A stretch of DNA of 64,000 nt from Selaginella moellendorffii (GCF_000143415.4 NW_003314331.1:62001-126000); one strand, 5' to 3'; shown: positions 1 to 14,137, counted from the stretch's first letter. Translations and numbers: made by a program. Notes: generated by a model from the letters alone, not told the origin.

Positions 1-735
1 ATCTCGGTGATACTCACCGGCAGGAATGGCCGATCGTCTCGATCGTCGACCGAGAAGAATCCTTCCTCTTGCTCGCCTAGATCGCCATCCCCAGCAGCAG
101 CTTTCCTGGATGGGCCATCGCGCCAGTTCCACAAATCCAGCGCGCCTGGCTTGCGGAACCTATCGGCTAGGGCGGAGAGCTGCTCGTCGGCCATGGGCGT
201 CCTGGCCGGGAAGCTCTGCTGCTCCCACGGCTTCTCCAGCACCGTCACCGCGGCCATCATCTCCTGCCGCTTGCGCTTCTCGTAGATCCGGCGCTCGCGC
301 AGCAGCCACGCCTTCTCGCGCATCCGCTGCTTGTGCATCTGGAGCCGCTTCCACTGCCACTTGGTGACGCCGCCGGGGAATGTGCGCTTGCCGCCGCCCA
401 TTCGCACCACCAGCAGCTCCCATCGATTGCCACACCCGGCGCTCAAGCTCATCGCCATGGCGGGAAAACCTCAAGAACCCTAAAATATCGCCATAAACCC
501 TAAAATGTGCTCTTCCAGATTTTTGGGGCGATGGAAGAAAGGCGCATCCACGAGCTGGAGAACGATGTTGCCGCGTTGTCTGCGAGGATCAAGGCAAGCT
601 TTCATCCTCTCTTCAGTGAGTGAAAATCTTGGCGCAGGCACTGGAAGTAGAGAATGCAAATTTAACTGCTCGATTCGTTCTTCTTGTCTCCCATTCGATT
701 TACTCTCTGTTCTTTCAGCATGGTGAGAACCAGTC
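1..735 (-). pseudogene. Frameshifted relic of an unidentified protein-coding gene (copy 1, runs off the window start)
   Basis: GC-rich coding-like fragments (GFLRFSRHGDELERR, REKAWLLRERRIYEKRKRQEMMAA) spread over several frames; closely similar to 23000-23830 but with different deletions. Family not recognised. Confidence 0.5.
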
Positions 736-994
736 GCTAAAATCGAAGCGGACTCACAAGAATCACAAGAAAGAAAATCAAGGTACTCTACTATCCTTTT
801 AAAGGAATTCCGCTCTTTCTCTCTTGCTAGGAAACTCTAAGCGATGATTTGTAGCTTCGACAATCATGTACATTGGCAGCTGGTACGTTCCTATCTTTCG
901 TTTGGAAGAAAGCTGATTTTTTTTTCTTTTTTTTCTTTTTTTTTGCTGCTTGCAGGTTATTGCTGGCCGCCGTTATTGCTTGCTTGCTCTTTTT

Positions 995-1250
995 TTCGCT
1001 GGGAAGGAAGAAGTCTGTGGGTTATGCACAACGCATTCTTATGGCATCAAGTTCGTTGCATGGCCGCCGTGCTTTTCATGATTGCCTGTGGTCGTGAAGT
1101 ACCAATATTTGTCTCCAGAGTAAGCTGGAGACAAATAAGATCACTGATTTTGTGGATCATCGACAACCTTTTAGACGTGGACAAGACCACGAGAAAATCA
1201 CAGTATTTGTGCCTTCCAAGGCCTACACTTCTACTGCCGACCTGGTAAGT
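995..1250 (+). pseudogene. tRNA pseudouridine synthase (TruA/Pus3-like) fragment
   Basis: Motif NAFLWHQVRCMAAVLFM...LLDVDKTTRKSQY; only a C-terminal piece remains; homologous to 24780-25250. Confidence 0.7.
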
Positions 1251-1549
1251 GACTGTGACGGCTAGATTCAGGCTTAGATTTTGATTGAAATATCTGTGTA
1301 GAATCCAAAGTACAGATACATAAGCATTTGTTAAAACATCTCGACCAAACATTACTGACGGCTTCACTGATTTCCGAAGGCATGCTGGAGCTTGGTCAGC
1401 ATGCTTCTCTTGTATTTCTGCATGGTTAAATCCATGATGATGCAGACCCAATTGTTTATTTTAGCAAAACAAATTATCTGAACGTAAGCAGATTTTGATT
1501 TAGCTACTTATGAACGCAACCAACGCTTAAAATACTTTGGTATACTTAC

Positions 1550-4335
1550 TTATCTTGCTCTAGTGAATTCCATAGATTTTGTGAGAGGGCTCCCTTCCTC
1601 CTCGAGCTGGATCTTGCAAATTATAGTAGATCCCAAGTTTTGGACTATAAAGTCTATAACTTTGGCAGTAAAGAACAAGCAGCGTGGAAAGTTTTGGAAC
1701 TTGCAATGAATTGTGTGGAACATCACTCTGATAGGAGGCCGAACATGAGCACTGTGGTAAATGAGCTGAAAGGCCTTGCCTCTCTCAATTTCCTTGCATG
1801 CCTGGAGCTGCTGTCACAAAAGACTTGAAAGAGTGTTTTTACCCATTTTGAAAGAGCAACTTCTTCCTCTGGAAGCAATAGATTGATGGGTTCACGGCGG
1901 CAAGCAATCTCGAACAGTACCACTCCAAAGCTGTACACATCTGATTTCCCGTGAGCCTGGCGTTAGAAAAAAAAGAAGTTAGTCATTTTGAATAATAAGA
2001 AAGTTTATGCTCACTCTGAGTGAGTGATGGTTGAGATATGTTGTTCCTGTTGTAAAGCTTGGAAAGCCCAAAGTCACTAACTTTGGCAAGAGCTTAAAAG
2101 TATATTAGTTGTCTTCACATCCCAATGGATTATATGTAAATTGCAGGAGGTGTGCAAATATTCCAATCCTGTGAAACTTGTTGTCGAGGGTCATCACACT
2201 GTTTACCTTGAACAGCATCTAAAGCAATTTGCAGCTGAGATTTCTAGCTCAAAGCTGGACATTGTGCCTATACATAACCACATCAAAGAGAAGACAAATG
2301 GAAACGGAAGAAATCACTTTGCTCTCTCAAAGTTCTATTTGCTTTGACTCCTGATCACAATAGCCAAGGAACGACACCAAGTTCCTGTGGTGTACCACCA
2401 ATAAAATATCAATATGCCACTGGTTTGAGATCAGTTTGCTATCCATGCTTGATGATCAAACTCACCTCCATGTTAAATTCTTGATATCCGTGCTTTGAGG
2501 CGTAGACAAAACCTTAACAGCAATTTTGACATTATTGGAAAGGCAGCCATAGTACACTGGTCCAAAACTTCCTTCGCCAAGAACTTGCTTAAAGTTGTTT
2601 GTGGCCTCGATCACGGAGTTTGGAGACTTTGGACCAGGGAGATGAGAAAGCTATAAGCACAAGCCAGCATTTTGCAACTTACCTGACTCTTGTGGTCTGA
2701 TGGTTCTTTGTCCGTCTTTCTACGGGACATGAAACACACAACAAGTCCAGCTGCGAGTAGTAACATGGCTACGCATGGAACCGCGATTCCAATTAAAAGT
2801 GTTGTATTTTTCGTCTTCTTTGCGTCGAGTTTCTCGCATAACTTAACACTAGTGCTGCAGAAGGAAGGAAACAAAAGATAAATTTCAAGAGAGAATCTCG
2901 AGAAACGAACTTGAAAGAGAGCTGCAGTTCTGGTTGTACGCAATCCAAGCTGTCGTTTTGTAATGACCTGTGAAATAGTGACTGTAAGAAAAACTCTAAT
3001 TTTCGAGCATACACTGTACTCACAAAACCGTGAGTTTTTTCAAGGAGCTAAAGTTTGGAACTGGCCCTGTCAATGCATTGTTATCCAGATATACGAAAAA
3101 AACTAAAGATGAGAAGAAAACTAAGAATTGCTAGAGAACCTTTCGTAAATTTTTGTTAGATGCAACAGCTTCGTGCTTGACTGGGATATATTACCACTCA
3201 GACGTTGGTTGGATAAGTTCCTGCAATGCCAATTTCTTCAGTTTCATATGATAGATATGAGTCCTCTTACAGCTCTGCGATTCCGGCCGGGATTTGAGCT
3301 ATGTATCCCTCCCAAGTATAAGGAAGAGGCAAGCAAGGATCTCCGACCATCCAGCGCGTCCAAGAATTGCTACCACTTCCAGATAAGAAAACAAGAGAAG
3401 AATATCACAAATGAGACAATGTATAATGCTAAATACCATCCTCGGGTTCTGTCCCTGGCAAGAGACTGCCTTTGTACTCGAAGAGCTCGGGGGCATTGAG
3501 GATCGGACCCAGCGTAGAGTTTAGCATGGGAACGAGAAAGACGCGTGTTGGATCTAAAAGCTCCACCGGAGCTTTGACATACATTTGCACCGAAGCCTGG
3601 GTGTGCTTCTCGATGTTGATGATCACCGCGACCTGGAGAGTTTCAAGAGAGGTGGTGTTGAAAAGGAGCGTGAACTCTCTCGTGTCGTTCCCCAGAGCGA
3701 AGAACTCCGCAAAGTAAAAGTTGATGTAGTACTTCGTTGCCTCGAGCGTGGCTGGAAACTCGAAGACCATCACGGACGATCGGGAGCTCATCACCTCTGT
3801 GGGAGGCTTGTTAAAAGTTAGTGTTGATCCGCTGGTAGCTTCCTATGTTTTTGAAGCTCTTGTCAGCTCTCCATATTCGATCGTATTCATCCAAAGAATA
3901 CCTGTTCGAAGATACGAAGAGAAAAAACTTTGAGAGTTTCTTACCTGATATCTTCATTTGAAGTTGCTCCAAGATGATCCTTCTCCACATGAGCAAGACC
4001 TCACTATAATCCGAGACGCTTCCACTCATCCCGGGCGTCAGCTTCCTAAGCTCAATCGTGGAGATGAATGGGATATTTGCTGGTGAGTTCGAGCGGGTTC
4101 CTTAGCTTCGAGTTTGTGGCTTTCACCACAAACTCGTAGTACCACGACGACTGGCTTCCCAGGCTCGCGTTCATCACAGTGTTCGCACCAATAGCAATGT
4201 CAAACTCGACTAGAGTTGATTCCAGCCCATCGTAGTTCCCGTAGTAGAAGCGCGGCCTCACAATGTAGCTCTTGTCCACCACAACTGGCTGAGCTGAAAC
4301 GTAACTCTGTGCTGTAAATGATCGGCTTCCCACAT
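1550..4335 (-). pseudogene. Malectin-like LRR receptor kinase pseudogene (copy A)
   Basis: Collinear with the intact copy at 25644-28992 ([16 protein letters not shown] helix [31 protein letters not shown]) but with many deletions and frameshifts, loss of the GTPGYLDPE segment, and an inverted last-exon block. Confidence 0.85.
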
Positions 4336-5649
4336 TTTCCGCTCGAGCCGAAAGTCGGGCCTATTCCCCCAAAGAGTTGTGCTCATGGTCTCGAGCGAAG
4401 AAAACGAGAATATTCCAGCCTGTGCAAAGACCAAGCAAAAGAAAACGCATATAAGGATTAGCAGGATGTTTCATGATCTAAATCAGACAGGCAAGAGATG
4501 AAACTTTGGATATGTCAATGGCAATCCATTTGCATCACCTTTGTTCTCGCAGATGCCATAAGAAACGGCATTGTTTGTGACGTGGAAGGGTATTTTACTA
4601 TCCATAAAATCAGTCACCATTTTGCACCAGTCTACTACCTGTTCATGAATAAACCCACCATTCTTTCTTGGGTTTTCTTAGCTGGGAGAGAATGTGTGTG
4701 TGTCTCAATCCATTCCATCTGAAAAGTTCTTTCGCCCATCTCGGTGCCTTCAACCACATTTCTACTTATGAACCTAGCAGCCTCAAGGATGTTTTCTTCT
4801 ATCTTCCTTTCACACATCATATGTGACGACTTGCTGAAAGTTTCCAGATCTTGGATGGACATAACGTTGCAAAAGGAATATACCATATCTGGAGGATCAC
4901 CAAACCCTGGTTTCATCACATTGCTTTCAAGCTCTAGTATGTTGCACATGTGGATAATGGCCCAATGTGTGAAGGTCAAAAGCTCTAGGGTCTGTAGCTC
5001 TAGTCACTACCAATGAGTAAGTGATAATAACTTTGAAATTATACATTTAAAACTTCAAAGCCCTACAATTAACAAAGTTCTTTCACTTTAATAATGAAAT
5101 AACTATACCTTTTAATAATGTTTGAGAACTATACAAATATGTATAAAACTTCTCAAAACCCTAAATTATTGTTAAATGTTCTTCTATTATTAAGTAGGTT
5201 GCAATATACATGATATATGTAATAAGATGATGTTAACCTGGTACACTTGTGCTTTATTGTATCAATACATCCCCAAGATCAATATCAAAATTATCCATGT
5301 GAAAAATGAAAGGTTGAGTATAGTCAAGATATATTAAAATTAGAGGAGTCATTAAAGCTCTTTAACATCCATAAATATGCACTCACAATCCTCAGACTGA
5401 ATGAAAGATGATGTTAATGACATCAACAATGCTCTCAATGATTTAGTATAATTATAAATATGATCAACAAAACATTTGAGATATTGCACCTTACCCAGAA
5501 AACATTATATAAAAAACTAAATCACTTAAGTGTTGTAAGCTAAAGGATCCTTTAAAATGATGACCGGAACAATAAATAGTTCATTGGATGAGACCAAGTT
5601 TAAGATCAAATCTAATATAAGTTATAGAGTGAAATCCAAAGTGTTCCAA

Positions 5650-7005
5650 AATTCAAAGAATCCATAGTAATAATATATTCAAATTTCATCATATGATCAC
5701 ATATGCTACACTTATCTTCACCCCCCTTTTAAAGAGGTTAATGTTCATAGTGATAGTATATCTAAATTTCATCCCATGATCACATATGTTACACTCATCT
5801 TCACCTACTTTTAGAGGTGTGAATGTCCTCATTGGCTATTAACTAACAACCCCTACTGAGCCAATATAATACGCCCTATCTTTTCCCCCTTAAACCAATT
5901 GGAAAAAGGGCAATTGCTTGATAAGAGAGCCTTTAGTGGCTATTTTATCCCTATTTATCCTCTAAAGTTCCAAAGATATACGATAATAATATATCTAAAT
6001 CTCATCCCATGATTACATGTGCTCCCCCCCCCCCCTCCCCCCCCCTAGAGATGTCAATATCCTTATTGATTATTAATTAACAACCCCTATTGAGCCAAAG
6101 AGAACCAACATTTTGCACTAAATCTACCAATCCTTCAATTATATAGATTAGGTATGTCATACGAGGCAACTAGTCATCCACTCGTACCATAGTTCCATGA
6201 TGGATATCTTCGTCTGTGGATACTTCACAAAAGGAAAGACGTATGCATGGATGCCTAATACATATAATTTCAAATTTAGGGGTAGAAATATACCTTGCTC
6301 AAGTAGCCACTAATTAATGAGAATTGAACCTGTGCCATTTGCTTTGATACCATATGTTGCACACCCTATCTCTCTCCTCTTAAACTAACTGAAAAATGGG
6401 TAATTACTTCCTTAATGGCTATTTTATCCTCATTTATCCCTCAAAATTCTAAAAACCCACGGTGACAGTATATCCAAATCTCATCCCATGATCATATGCG
6501 TTATAGCCAAGGGAAACCAACACCTCTATTTCCGCACAAAATTTACCAATCATTCCATTGTATAGATTAATTAGTCCCTATGAGGTAACTAGTCATCTAC
6601 ATGTACCACAGTCCCATAGTGGATACCTTCATCTAGTAAATACCCTATAATATGAAGGACATACTCATGAATGCTCAATATGTACGATTTTAATTTTAAG
6701 GGTAGGAATATACCTTGCTCAAGGGTATAGTATATTTTAAGTAGCTACTAATCAATAAGAATCAATTTTAAGGGTAAGAATATACCTTGCTCAAGGATAT
6801 TTTAAGCAGCCACTAATCAATAGGAATCAAACTTGTGTTATTTTCTTTAATATATAATGCACTCTATCTTTCTCCCCTTAAGCCAACTAGAAAAAGGGCA
6901 ATTGCTTGATGAGAAAGCTTTTAGTGGCTATTTTATCCCTATTTATCCTTTAAGATTCACAATGATAATATATTAAAATTTCATCTCATAATCACATATG
7001 CTACA
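5650..7005 (-). mobile_element. TRIM-like tandem array (LTR-internal-LTR-internal-LTR)
   Basis: Three diverged LTR-like units (~5868-6110, 6355-6520 TGTTG...CAACA, ~6858-7004) separated by two homologous internal segments. GCTTTGATACCA at 6341-6352 is the reverse complement of a tRNA-iMet-type PBS; pyrimidine tract at 6521. Confidence 0.6.
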
Positions 7006-10000
7006 GAGACCTTAAATCCTAAACTCTTTAGTAATATTTCCAAACCGAGTTAGGGTTGGGATTGGGGGTTAGTAACCTTGGGTGGCATGGATTTAAGGAG
7101 TGCTAAAAAGAATCTTCAAGAAAGTGCTAAAAAACAACTCTCACTCCCAGAAGGAAAATCAATTGTTTACTCATGACTTAAAGAGAATGGTGCCCCATAT
7201 AAGGCTGGAATTTGTCTAGGTCAATCTGGTAGTGTCCTAGGCCCTAATTCCGAGCCTGGGATCATTCGAGTCAACTATGGTAGTACATATGAAAAAAAAA
7301 AAAAACTTAAAGATAAGATAAATAAATAGTTAAGGTGAATTAGGCAAATTAGAGGCCATTAAAAATTACCATAAATAACAACTTTGGAGTATTAATTGGT
7401 GCAGTTGCTTGATGTTATGCTATTGCAATTGAATAATTAAACTTAGTTGATAGTGGCATTTATGATGCATGGTGCAGCTCCTCCTACTCTTGCCGCCAGT
7501 TCTTGTGTCCACATTCTTCTATGGGAATCCTTACCATTAACTCATTGATCCTTATAGTGATTATCATCTATCATTCTTGGGATAATGCCTAACATTTTGT
7601 TTAACTTTCCCACTTGTCTTTATGGGACAATATTATAGTGGTACAATAGTTTAAGCATAACCACTTGTGTGGATTAAAACCTTCTCTTAGATATCTTCAA
7701 ATGTATATTTAGTATATTAATGATTGTGATGATGTTTTTCAGCAATTGTATCATCTTCATCAGAGGCTATTTGAATCAATGATACAATTTAGTGTTCACT
7801 TTTAGATTTTCTTGCTTCATGTGGAACCAAATATGTCAAAGAAAATCAAGTTGGGAATGTTGTAGTTAACGCTTTATTAATATTTTATAGGATTTGTGCA
7901 TGAACTTGTTTGAGATGTATTCAATAACACTCTTCAACTAACACAACATTATAAGACATCACTTCTCCCATTTACCATTGCACGTACTTCCCATGGGAGA
8001 TAATTTTGTTTTGATAAAAGTTAACTTTGTTATTGCCCAAGTTTAAGGACAAAGCTGAGGACGTGGTTGTGACCATGATGTTCACTATTGGGTGTGTAAT
8101 GAGGTTGGCCATATATATTGGCATTGTCAGCATTTTCTGAATTGACGTCCTCTATTTTCGAGATGGAGGCTTTGGTGTCAATAATATCATATTGGTGTTA
8201 TTAAAATGGAAGGTCTTAATGCAGAGATTCTTTTGGGAAATAAAAAGTCATATAATTAGTGGAAAGTCTTTGCATAAATAAGTTAGTGACCCCTTTATCC
8301 TTTTTTTGGGGAGTACCATCAAAGAATTCACTTAGCACTAATTTATTAATATTTACTTTCGAAGCTCGGTTTTATAACAAGAGGTCTTATGTTGATATAA
8401 GCTCAAATTTATCTTCTATTGCATAGCCTATGCCATATGTTGGCATCTACAATTGTATCATACAATACAGCCAATATTCATTCTCTATAGCAATGACTAT
8501 ACTCATGTATAAGTATAGGATAACAAGGATTTAATTGTGTATATGGGTGATTTTGAGCTTGAGTTTAGTCATTGTGGGTAGTGTTGAGTTAAGCTTTTGA
8601 CCTCATCCTTGGTATGGATTGGTTATAGTACAATCATATTAATTATGATTATAAGGCTTTTCCCCTTTGTCTCATATTTCTTTATTTTTCTTTCATTTAT
8701 CTAATTTTTATTCCATTTTGTTTCTTTGCTTTTACCTCTACTTTTATCATTTTTTTTTCCTATTACTTTTTATTGTGTTTCTATTTTGCTTCTTTATTTC
8801 CTTTTCAGATCCCTCCGACGGTCTTTATATTGCAATGGTTGATCAACTCAAGAATGAGTGCAATGATTGGATATATGGAGCACTTAGACTAAATGCAAGG
8901 GTAAAGTGGTATAAACACCGTTCACAGGACTAATAAATCCCCAAGTCTAGAATAGGATTTATAAAGGTTGTGAGTTAGACTTCTCTAAGTGGTCAAAAAG
9001 GTGGTTAAGTAATTAAAGTTGAATGGAAAATTTAGTCACTTACATATAAAACTCCCCCAAGTGAGGGGTTTGATGTGATATTCGTGGTGATGGACCAATT
9101 TTCCAAAATATCACATTTCATACCCATTTTAATGAAAGTGGATATGAAAGGTCCAAAGGAAATTATTTCAGACCGAGATAAAATTTTTATTAGCAAGTTC
9201 TAGAGAACTCTCCTAAAGCAATATTCTACCAAGCTAAAATTTAGTGTAGCCTATCATTCACAAATAGGTAATAAATTTTAGATTAAGTATGATGGCAATA
9301 ACACTTTTTGACAAATGGGTAATGGAAAGGGTGAATAGGTAGCTAAAGAAATATTTACGATACTATATCTCTAAAAACTAAACTGATTAGATAAATTATT
9401 TAGGACTTGTGAAAATGTGCTATAACAATTCATTACATTCGAGTATCAAGTCAGCTATTGAAGGTCCTATAGCACTCGATATGGCCGAGTATCATGGAGC
9501 CACAGTAGAGGCATTCATGGCGGAAAAACTCAAGCTTAACAAAGGCAAATTGAACAAAGTCAAACCAAAAGTATCAAAATATAGAGTTCTAATTTTGGGA
9601 AAAGGTGTGGCTAAACACAAAGAATGTAAAGTTACTAAGTGGGATTAGCTGGAAATTGACCTAAAGGTAAAAATGCATATCTTCCTATAAATGAATTAAT
9701 CTTTTGTGGGGCCCTATGAGATTGAGACTTGAATTGATAAGATGGTTTATTGCCTTTAACTTCTCCAAGAAATGGAGAAGATGCACTTTATATTCTACGT
9801 AAACTTATTGAAGCCGTACTTTAACCCGCTTTGCAAAGACCAAGTGAAACCTTTATCGGAGGTTATCCAAGGGGAAAAGAAATACAAAGTTGAGGTCATC
9901 CTTAATGCACACAAGAGTAAGTGACAAAAATGCGAAGTGAAGGAATTTTATGTGAAGTGGAAAGAATTTCCACTCTATGAATTAACATAAAAATCAAAAG

Positions 10001-10630
10001 AGAACTTAGCGAATGTTTGAGATTTAGTAGAGGAATTTTTATAGGGTAGAATTTTATGTACTTATGTAAAGTCTAATTAAAGTATCCAATTATGAAATTA
10101 AGAAATGTCATGTGTTGGGACCTAAAAATATGGGTTTAGCTAGGTTGACTAGGTATAAAGAGCTTGGGTTCAAGTCACAACCCTCTATTAGGGTAAGGTG
10201 AGGTGAAGGGTATAAGAACACCTATATCTCATTGTTATTGGCGTTTAGTTAAGAAGGGTATAAAAACACCTATATCTCATTGTTATTAGTGTTTAGTTGG
10301 GCAAATCACTAAGTAGAGGGTTGCCCTTGACACCATGGGAATCATCTTCCAAGGGGGGGGGGGGGAGGGAATTGTGCTAAGAATAGTAAGAATAGTGAGG
10401 TTAAGGACTTAGTCTTAAAAGAACTCTTCAATAGTGTTTCCAAAATGAATTGAAGTTGGGATTAAAGGTGAATAGCTTTGTGTGGGAGTGAATATGGGCT
10501 TAAGAAGTGCCAAAGAAGCTCCTCAAAAAAGTACTTAAAAGAAGCATTTTTGAAATGGAAATTAATTACAATGTTCTTAACTCAAGTGGAGTGGTGTTTC
10601 ATATAAGTACCATATGGCTCATTAGTCCCC
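7005..10630 (+). mobile_element. Degenerate Ty3/gypsy chromovirus relic (integrase, chromodomain, PPT, LTR-like ends)
   Basis: Stop-riddled integrase motifs DVIFVVMDQFSKISHFIP (~9075), PKEIISDRD (~9153), GPYEI (~9709), FYVNLLKPY; chromodomain YKVEVIL...FYVKWKEFP (~9880-10040); polypurine tract 10351-10371 followed by TG; 7005-7200 resembles 10400-10610. Confidence 0.75.
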
Positions 10631-10634
10631 ACCC

Positions 10635-12010
10635 CTTCTTAGGGGCTTGGGGCCTTCCCTTCATGATAGAGGTGGGGAGTTGAGGTATTTATACTACACC
10701 ATTAGGCCATAGTATTTCCCCTTGGTGTCCTAGATTAATAGATACACCAAAGGTTTGGGATTTAATGGGTCTTATAATCAAGCTTTATGTACTATGGGAT
10801 GTTAGGAACCTAAAAACTTAGTGTGTTTGACTACTTGTGTTTACAGGAAGTGTAACCAAACTTTAAGTTTAGTTTAACTTTGGGAAGGGGATTGGGAATT
10901 TATAAAGAGTTGGTTGACACTTTGTTGCTTATGCAGTAAATAGCTAAATTTAAGTAGGATCAAGTTAAAGTTGGTATGAGAGGTAAAACTCTTAATAAAA
11001 GAACTTAGTGAAACCAAAGGCAAAGTTAGTCAAATAGATAAAGTAAGTTAGTAAATTAGAAAATGAAAACTTATGACTTACAAAAGTTTTGGAGTCTTTG
11101 AGCATGTGAACTTCATCTTATAATAAAGTTTAATATGAGGAGAAGTAATTTTTTCATTAAGTTAGATATTGTTTTTAGGTATTGGCAAGTATCAATAGCA
11201 GATGAAGATATTTTCAATATTATATTTCATATACCATTTAATTTATATAAATTCTTGGTAATGCTATTTATTTTGAACAATGCTCCACTAACTTTATAAT
11301 GTATGTTGGATGAGGTTTGATTGTTAACTTCATCAATAATGTCTTGATCCACTTGAAAGGGATGTGGGAATAATATGTTTGCAATATTCACAAAGTGTTA
11401 TATTGGTTGTAGAAAGTTAATTTAAAGTTGAAGCAATTGAAGTGGGTTTAAGGATATAATTTATTTTGGGTATTGTATTTTTTGCGAGTTTACAAGTTGG
11501 TCCTTATAAATTTATAGTTGTTTTGAAGTCTCCTATTTTAAAGTGTGTGAATAATATGTAATGTGTAAGTCATGAATTTTCCTTTTCAATTTATAAACTT
11601 ATTTTGTTTATTCAACCATTTTTGCCTTAATTTCAATTAAGTTCTTTTGCTAAAATTCACATCTATTATACCAATTCTAACTTAGTCCTACTTAAGTTTA
11701 GCTATTTATTGCATGAGAAACATGGCAACTCTTTATGAATTCTCAAACTTTCTCCCAATCCCCCTTCCTACGTTAGATTGAATTTAATATTCAACTACTC
11801 TCCTTGTAGTATAAGCAACTAAACACACTAAGCCTTTAGATTCTTAACATCCTATAGTATAACAAAACTTGTTTATAAAACTTTTTAAATCGTAAGCTTT
11901 GGGTGCATCTCTTGGTTCAAGACCCCAAGGCAAACACCATGGTTGAGCAACTCAATATTACCTTAACTCCCCACCTCCATCCCACAGGGAAGGTCTAAAC
12001 CCTTAGGAAA
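10635..12010. repeat. Diverged inverted repeat (~10635-11030 vs ~11620-12010) around a Ty3/gypsy RT relic
   Basis: The arms match in reverse complement (e.g. aaatagctaaatttaagtagga vs tcctacttaagtttagctattt). The middle (~11150-11300, +) translates FFIKLDIVFRYWQVSIADEDIF...KFLVMLFILNNAP, a decayed RT motif. Confidence 0.6.
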
Positions 12011-12522
12011 GGGCAAACCCTAATTACCTAAAAGAGGCATATATAATATAGGAGGATTTGAAATTTTTGTAAATACCCCCATATGTAACATTGCTCTTAA
12101 CAAGCAAATATCCCAAAACCCTTAAAAGGGGGTGTATTCTTGTTTATGGGTCATTTTCCCTTTATATTTAAATCTTTGAATTGTCTATTTAGTTGCTTAT
12201 AAAGGTTAAATTTAAACCAAAAGCACAAATCCAAGCACTCTTAAGGGACAATTAAATTTATTCCTCACCTCCACTAATGTGAGTGTATAGAATATTAAAA
12301 AATATACATATTCAATTAGCTCAAAACTTTAATTTATATGAGCAAATAGTATATGGCATTGTTGCTATACACTTAGGCCTCACACATTTTAAAAAATAAT
12401 TATCAACCATTTATAGTAGCTTAGGGGCTTAGTTATTATATTTTTTAATAAAGAAAAAATAATATACTATAATTAAAATATTTCAAAAAAACATAATAAA
12501 ATATAATACTTTACAATATTTA

Positions 12523-12525
<3 letters not shown>

Positions 12526-12562
<37 letters not shown>
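12526..12562. repeat. (TA)n microsatellite
   Basis: About 18 TA units directly visible. Confidence 0.95.
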
Positions 12563-12565
<3 letters not shown>

Positions 12566-12918
12566 ATTGATAATTTCTCTTCATATTGTTTTAGATTCTA
12601 GCATGTATATTTTCAACAGCTTTCAATTTAGAAAAATCAAAAGCCATGAGTGCATGAAATATAGAAATATGCATCTTTGTGGTATATTAATTTGCATTCA
12701 TAAAATAATATATTATAGTTGAATTTTGTAGTTATTGAATTAGATTCAATTTTTATCATATTTAATATTTGATTATAACTGAACTCAATTTCATAATTGC
12801 ATACTTTTATCTTATACATAAACTTAAATAACTTAATTCCTAATTTTGTAACAATTGATTGCCTGTCACACTCCGTAGCTGTTATCCACACTCGCACACA
12901 GATTATTTCACTTTGGAT

Positions 12919-14137
12919 ATGGCTAGAGTTGCACCAGAAGAGAATTATCTCCAAGATCTGAAAGATAGGTTTCAAGAGGCAGAAGTTCTTGATGATTCTC
13001 AAGTTCCAATAATTGATTTCTCTGGTGATCCCAAGTATATAGTAGATGCTATAGCTTGGGCTTGCCAAGAATGGGGTTTTTTCCAGGTAGGGAAAAGGTT
13101 CTTCATTTTATCTCTTGCAATTGTCCCTCCTGTCTAGGCAATAAATCACGGTGTTCCAATTGCTAGTATGAAAAATGTCCTCAAACTAGCCAAGGAAATT
13201 TTCAATCAGACATCAGAGGAGAATGAAGCCTATAATTCATTGGGGAATAAACTCAGTGATGATCCATCTGAAGCATACAGGTAGAGAAAGATAAAAGATA
13301 AAAACTAACAAGAATCTCATGGCATTTCAATAGATATGGCTCTGGATTTAACGACAGGAAAGACGCGAAAGCAATCGACTTAAAGTATTTCCTCAGGCTG
13401 GACTATAGTCTTGCTCGAGAGGAGGACATTTGGCCAGAGTCACCGAGTTGCTTCAGGTAAAGTTTTTTCTTGCCTAAAAGTCCTTGAATCAAAATTGATG
13501 CAACAGGGAAGTAATGAAAGAGTACCATGACCAGGTCTCAACCTTTGGACACTGCTTGCTCGATAATATTTCCAAGGGCCTTGGCTTGGAGAAAAGTTAC
13601 GATCTTAAGGTAATGGGCGAGAAGATCATATGCATCATGAACTACTACCTTCCATACCACACACCGGAGCTCGTCAAGGGCGTGTCGGCTCACTCGGACC
13701 CCCGTGCTATCAGCATCCTCATCCAAGACGACGTTGGGGGACTGGAAGTTTGCAAACATGGTCGATGGTTTGCGGTAAAGCCAGTGAAAGATGCCTTCGT
13801 CGTCAACATTGCTGATCAGTTACAGGTAAATTTCCTTCTTTTTTTTCCCAATACCATTGCTAAGGATCTAAGTTTCCAGATAATGACGAATGCAAAATAC
13901 AAGAGCGCCGAGCACCGAGTTCGAGCACACCCTGAGAAGTCGCGATTGTCCGTGGTTGCGTTTTTTGGGCCTGGAATGGACACAGTGGTCGGCCCCCTGC
14001 CAGAGATAGTAAGCGAAGAAAATCCTCCTCTCTACAGGGAATGCGTCACCAAAGACTATTTGACCCAGTTCTACGCCAACGGGCTTGATGGCAAAAGGAG
14101 CTTGGACTATGTTAAGCTCGACCGTGCTAAAGTTTGA
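12919..14137 (+). CDS. 2-oxoglutarate/Fe(II)-dependent dioxygenase (DOXC class), 5 exons
   Basis: N-terminal VPIIDFS...ACQEWGFFQ|AINHGV; HSD...HRV...RLS catalytic motifs; exons ~12919-13086, 13138-13280, 13333-13456, 13507-13825, 13880-14137 with GT-AG introns; no internal stop seen. Confidence 0.85.

Noticed and set aside
5650-7005. CRISPR-like repeat array
   Set aside because: Eukaryotic DNA; the repeats are long and diverged, and the intervening segments are homologous rather than unique spacers.
12637-13068. 143-aa minus-strand ORF (and the Phe-rich ORF at 8667-8933)
   Set aside because: Low-complexity AT-rich chance ORFs.
13370-13390. Apparent premature TAA in the dioxygenase
   Set aside because: The frame reads GAC TTA AAG (D-L-K), so there is no stop.
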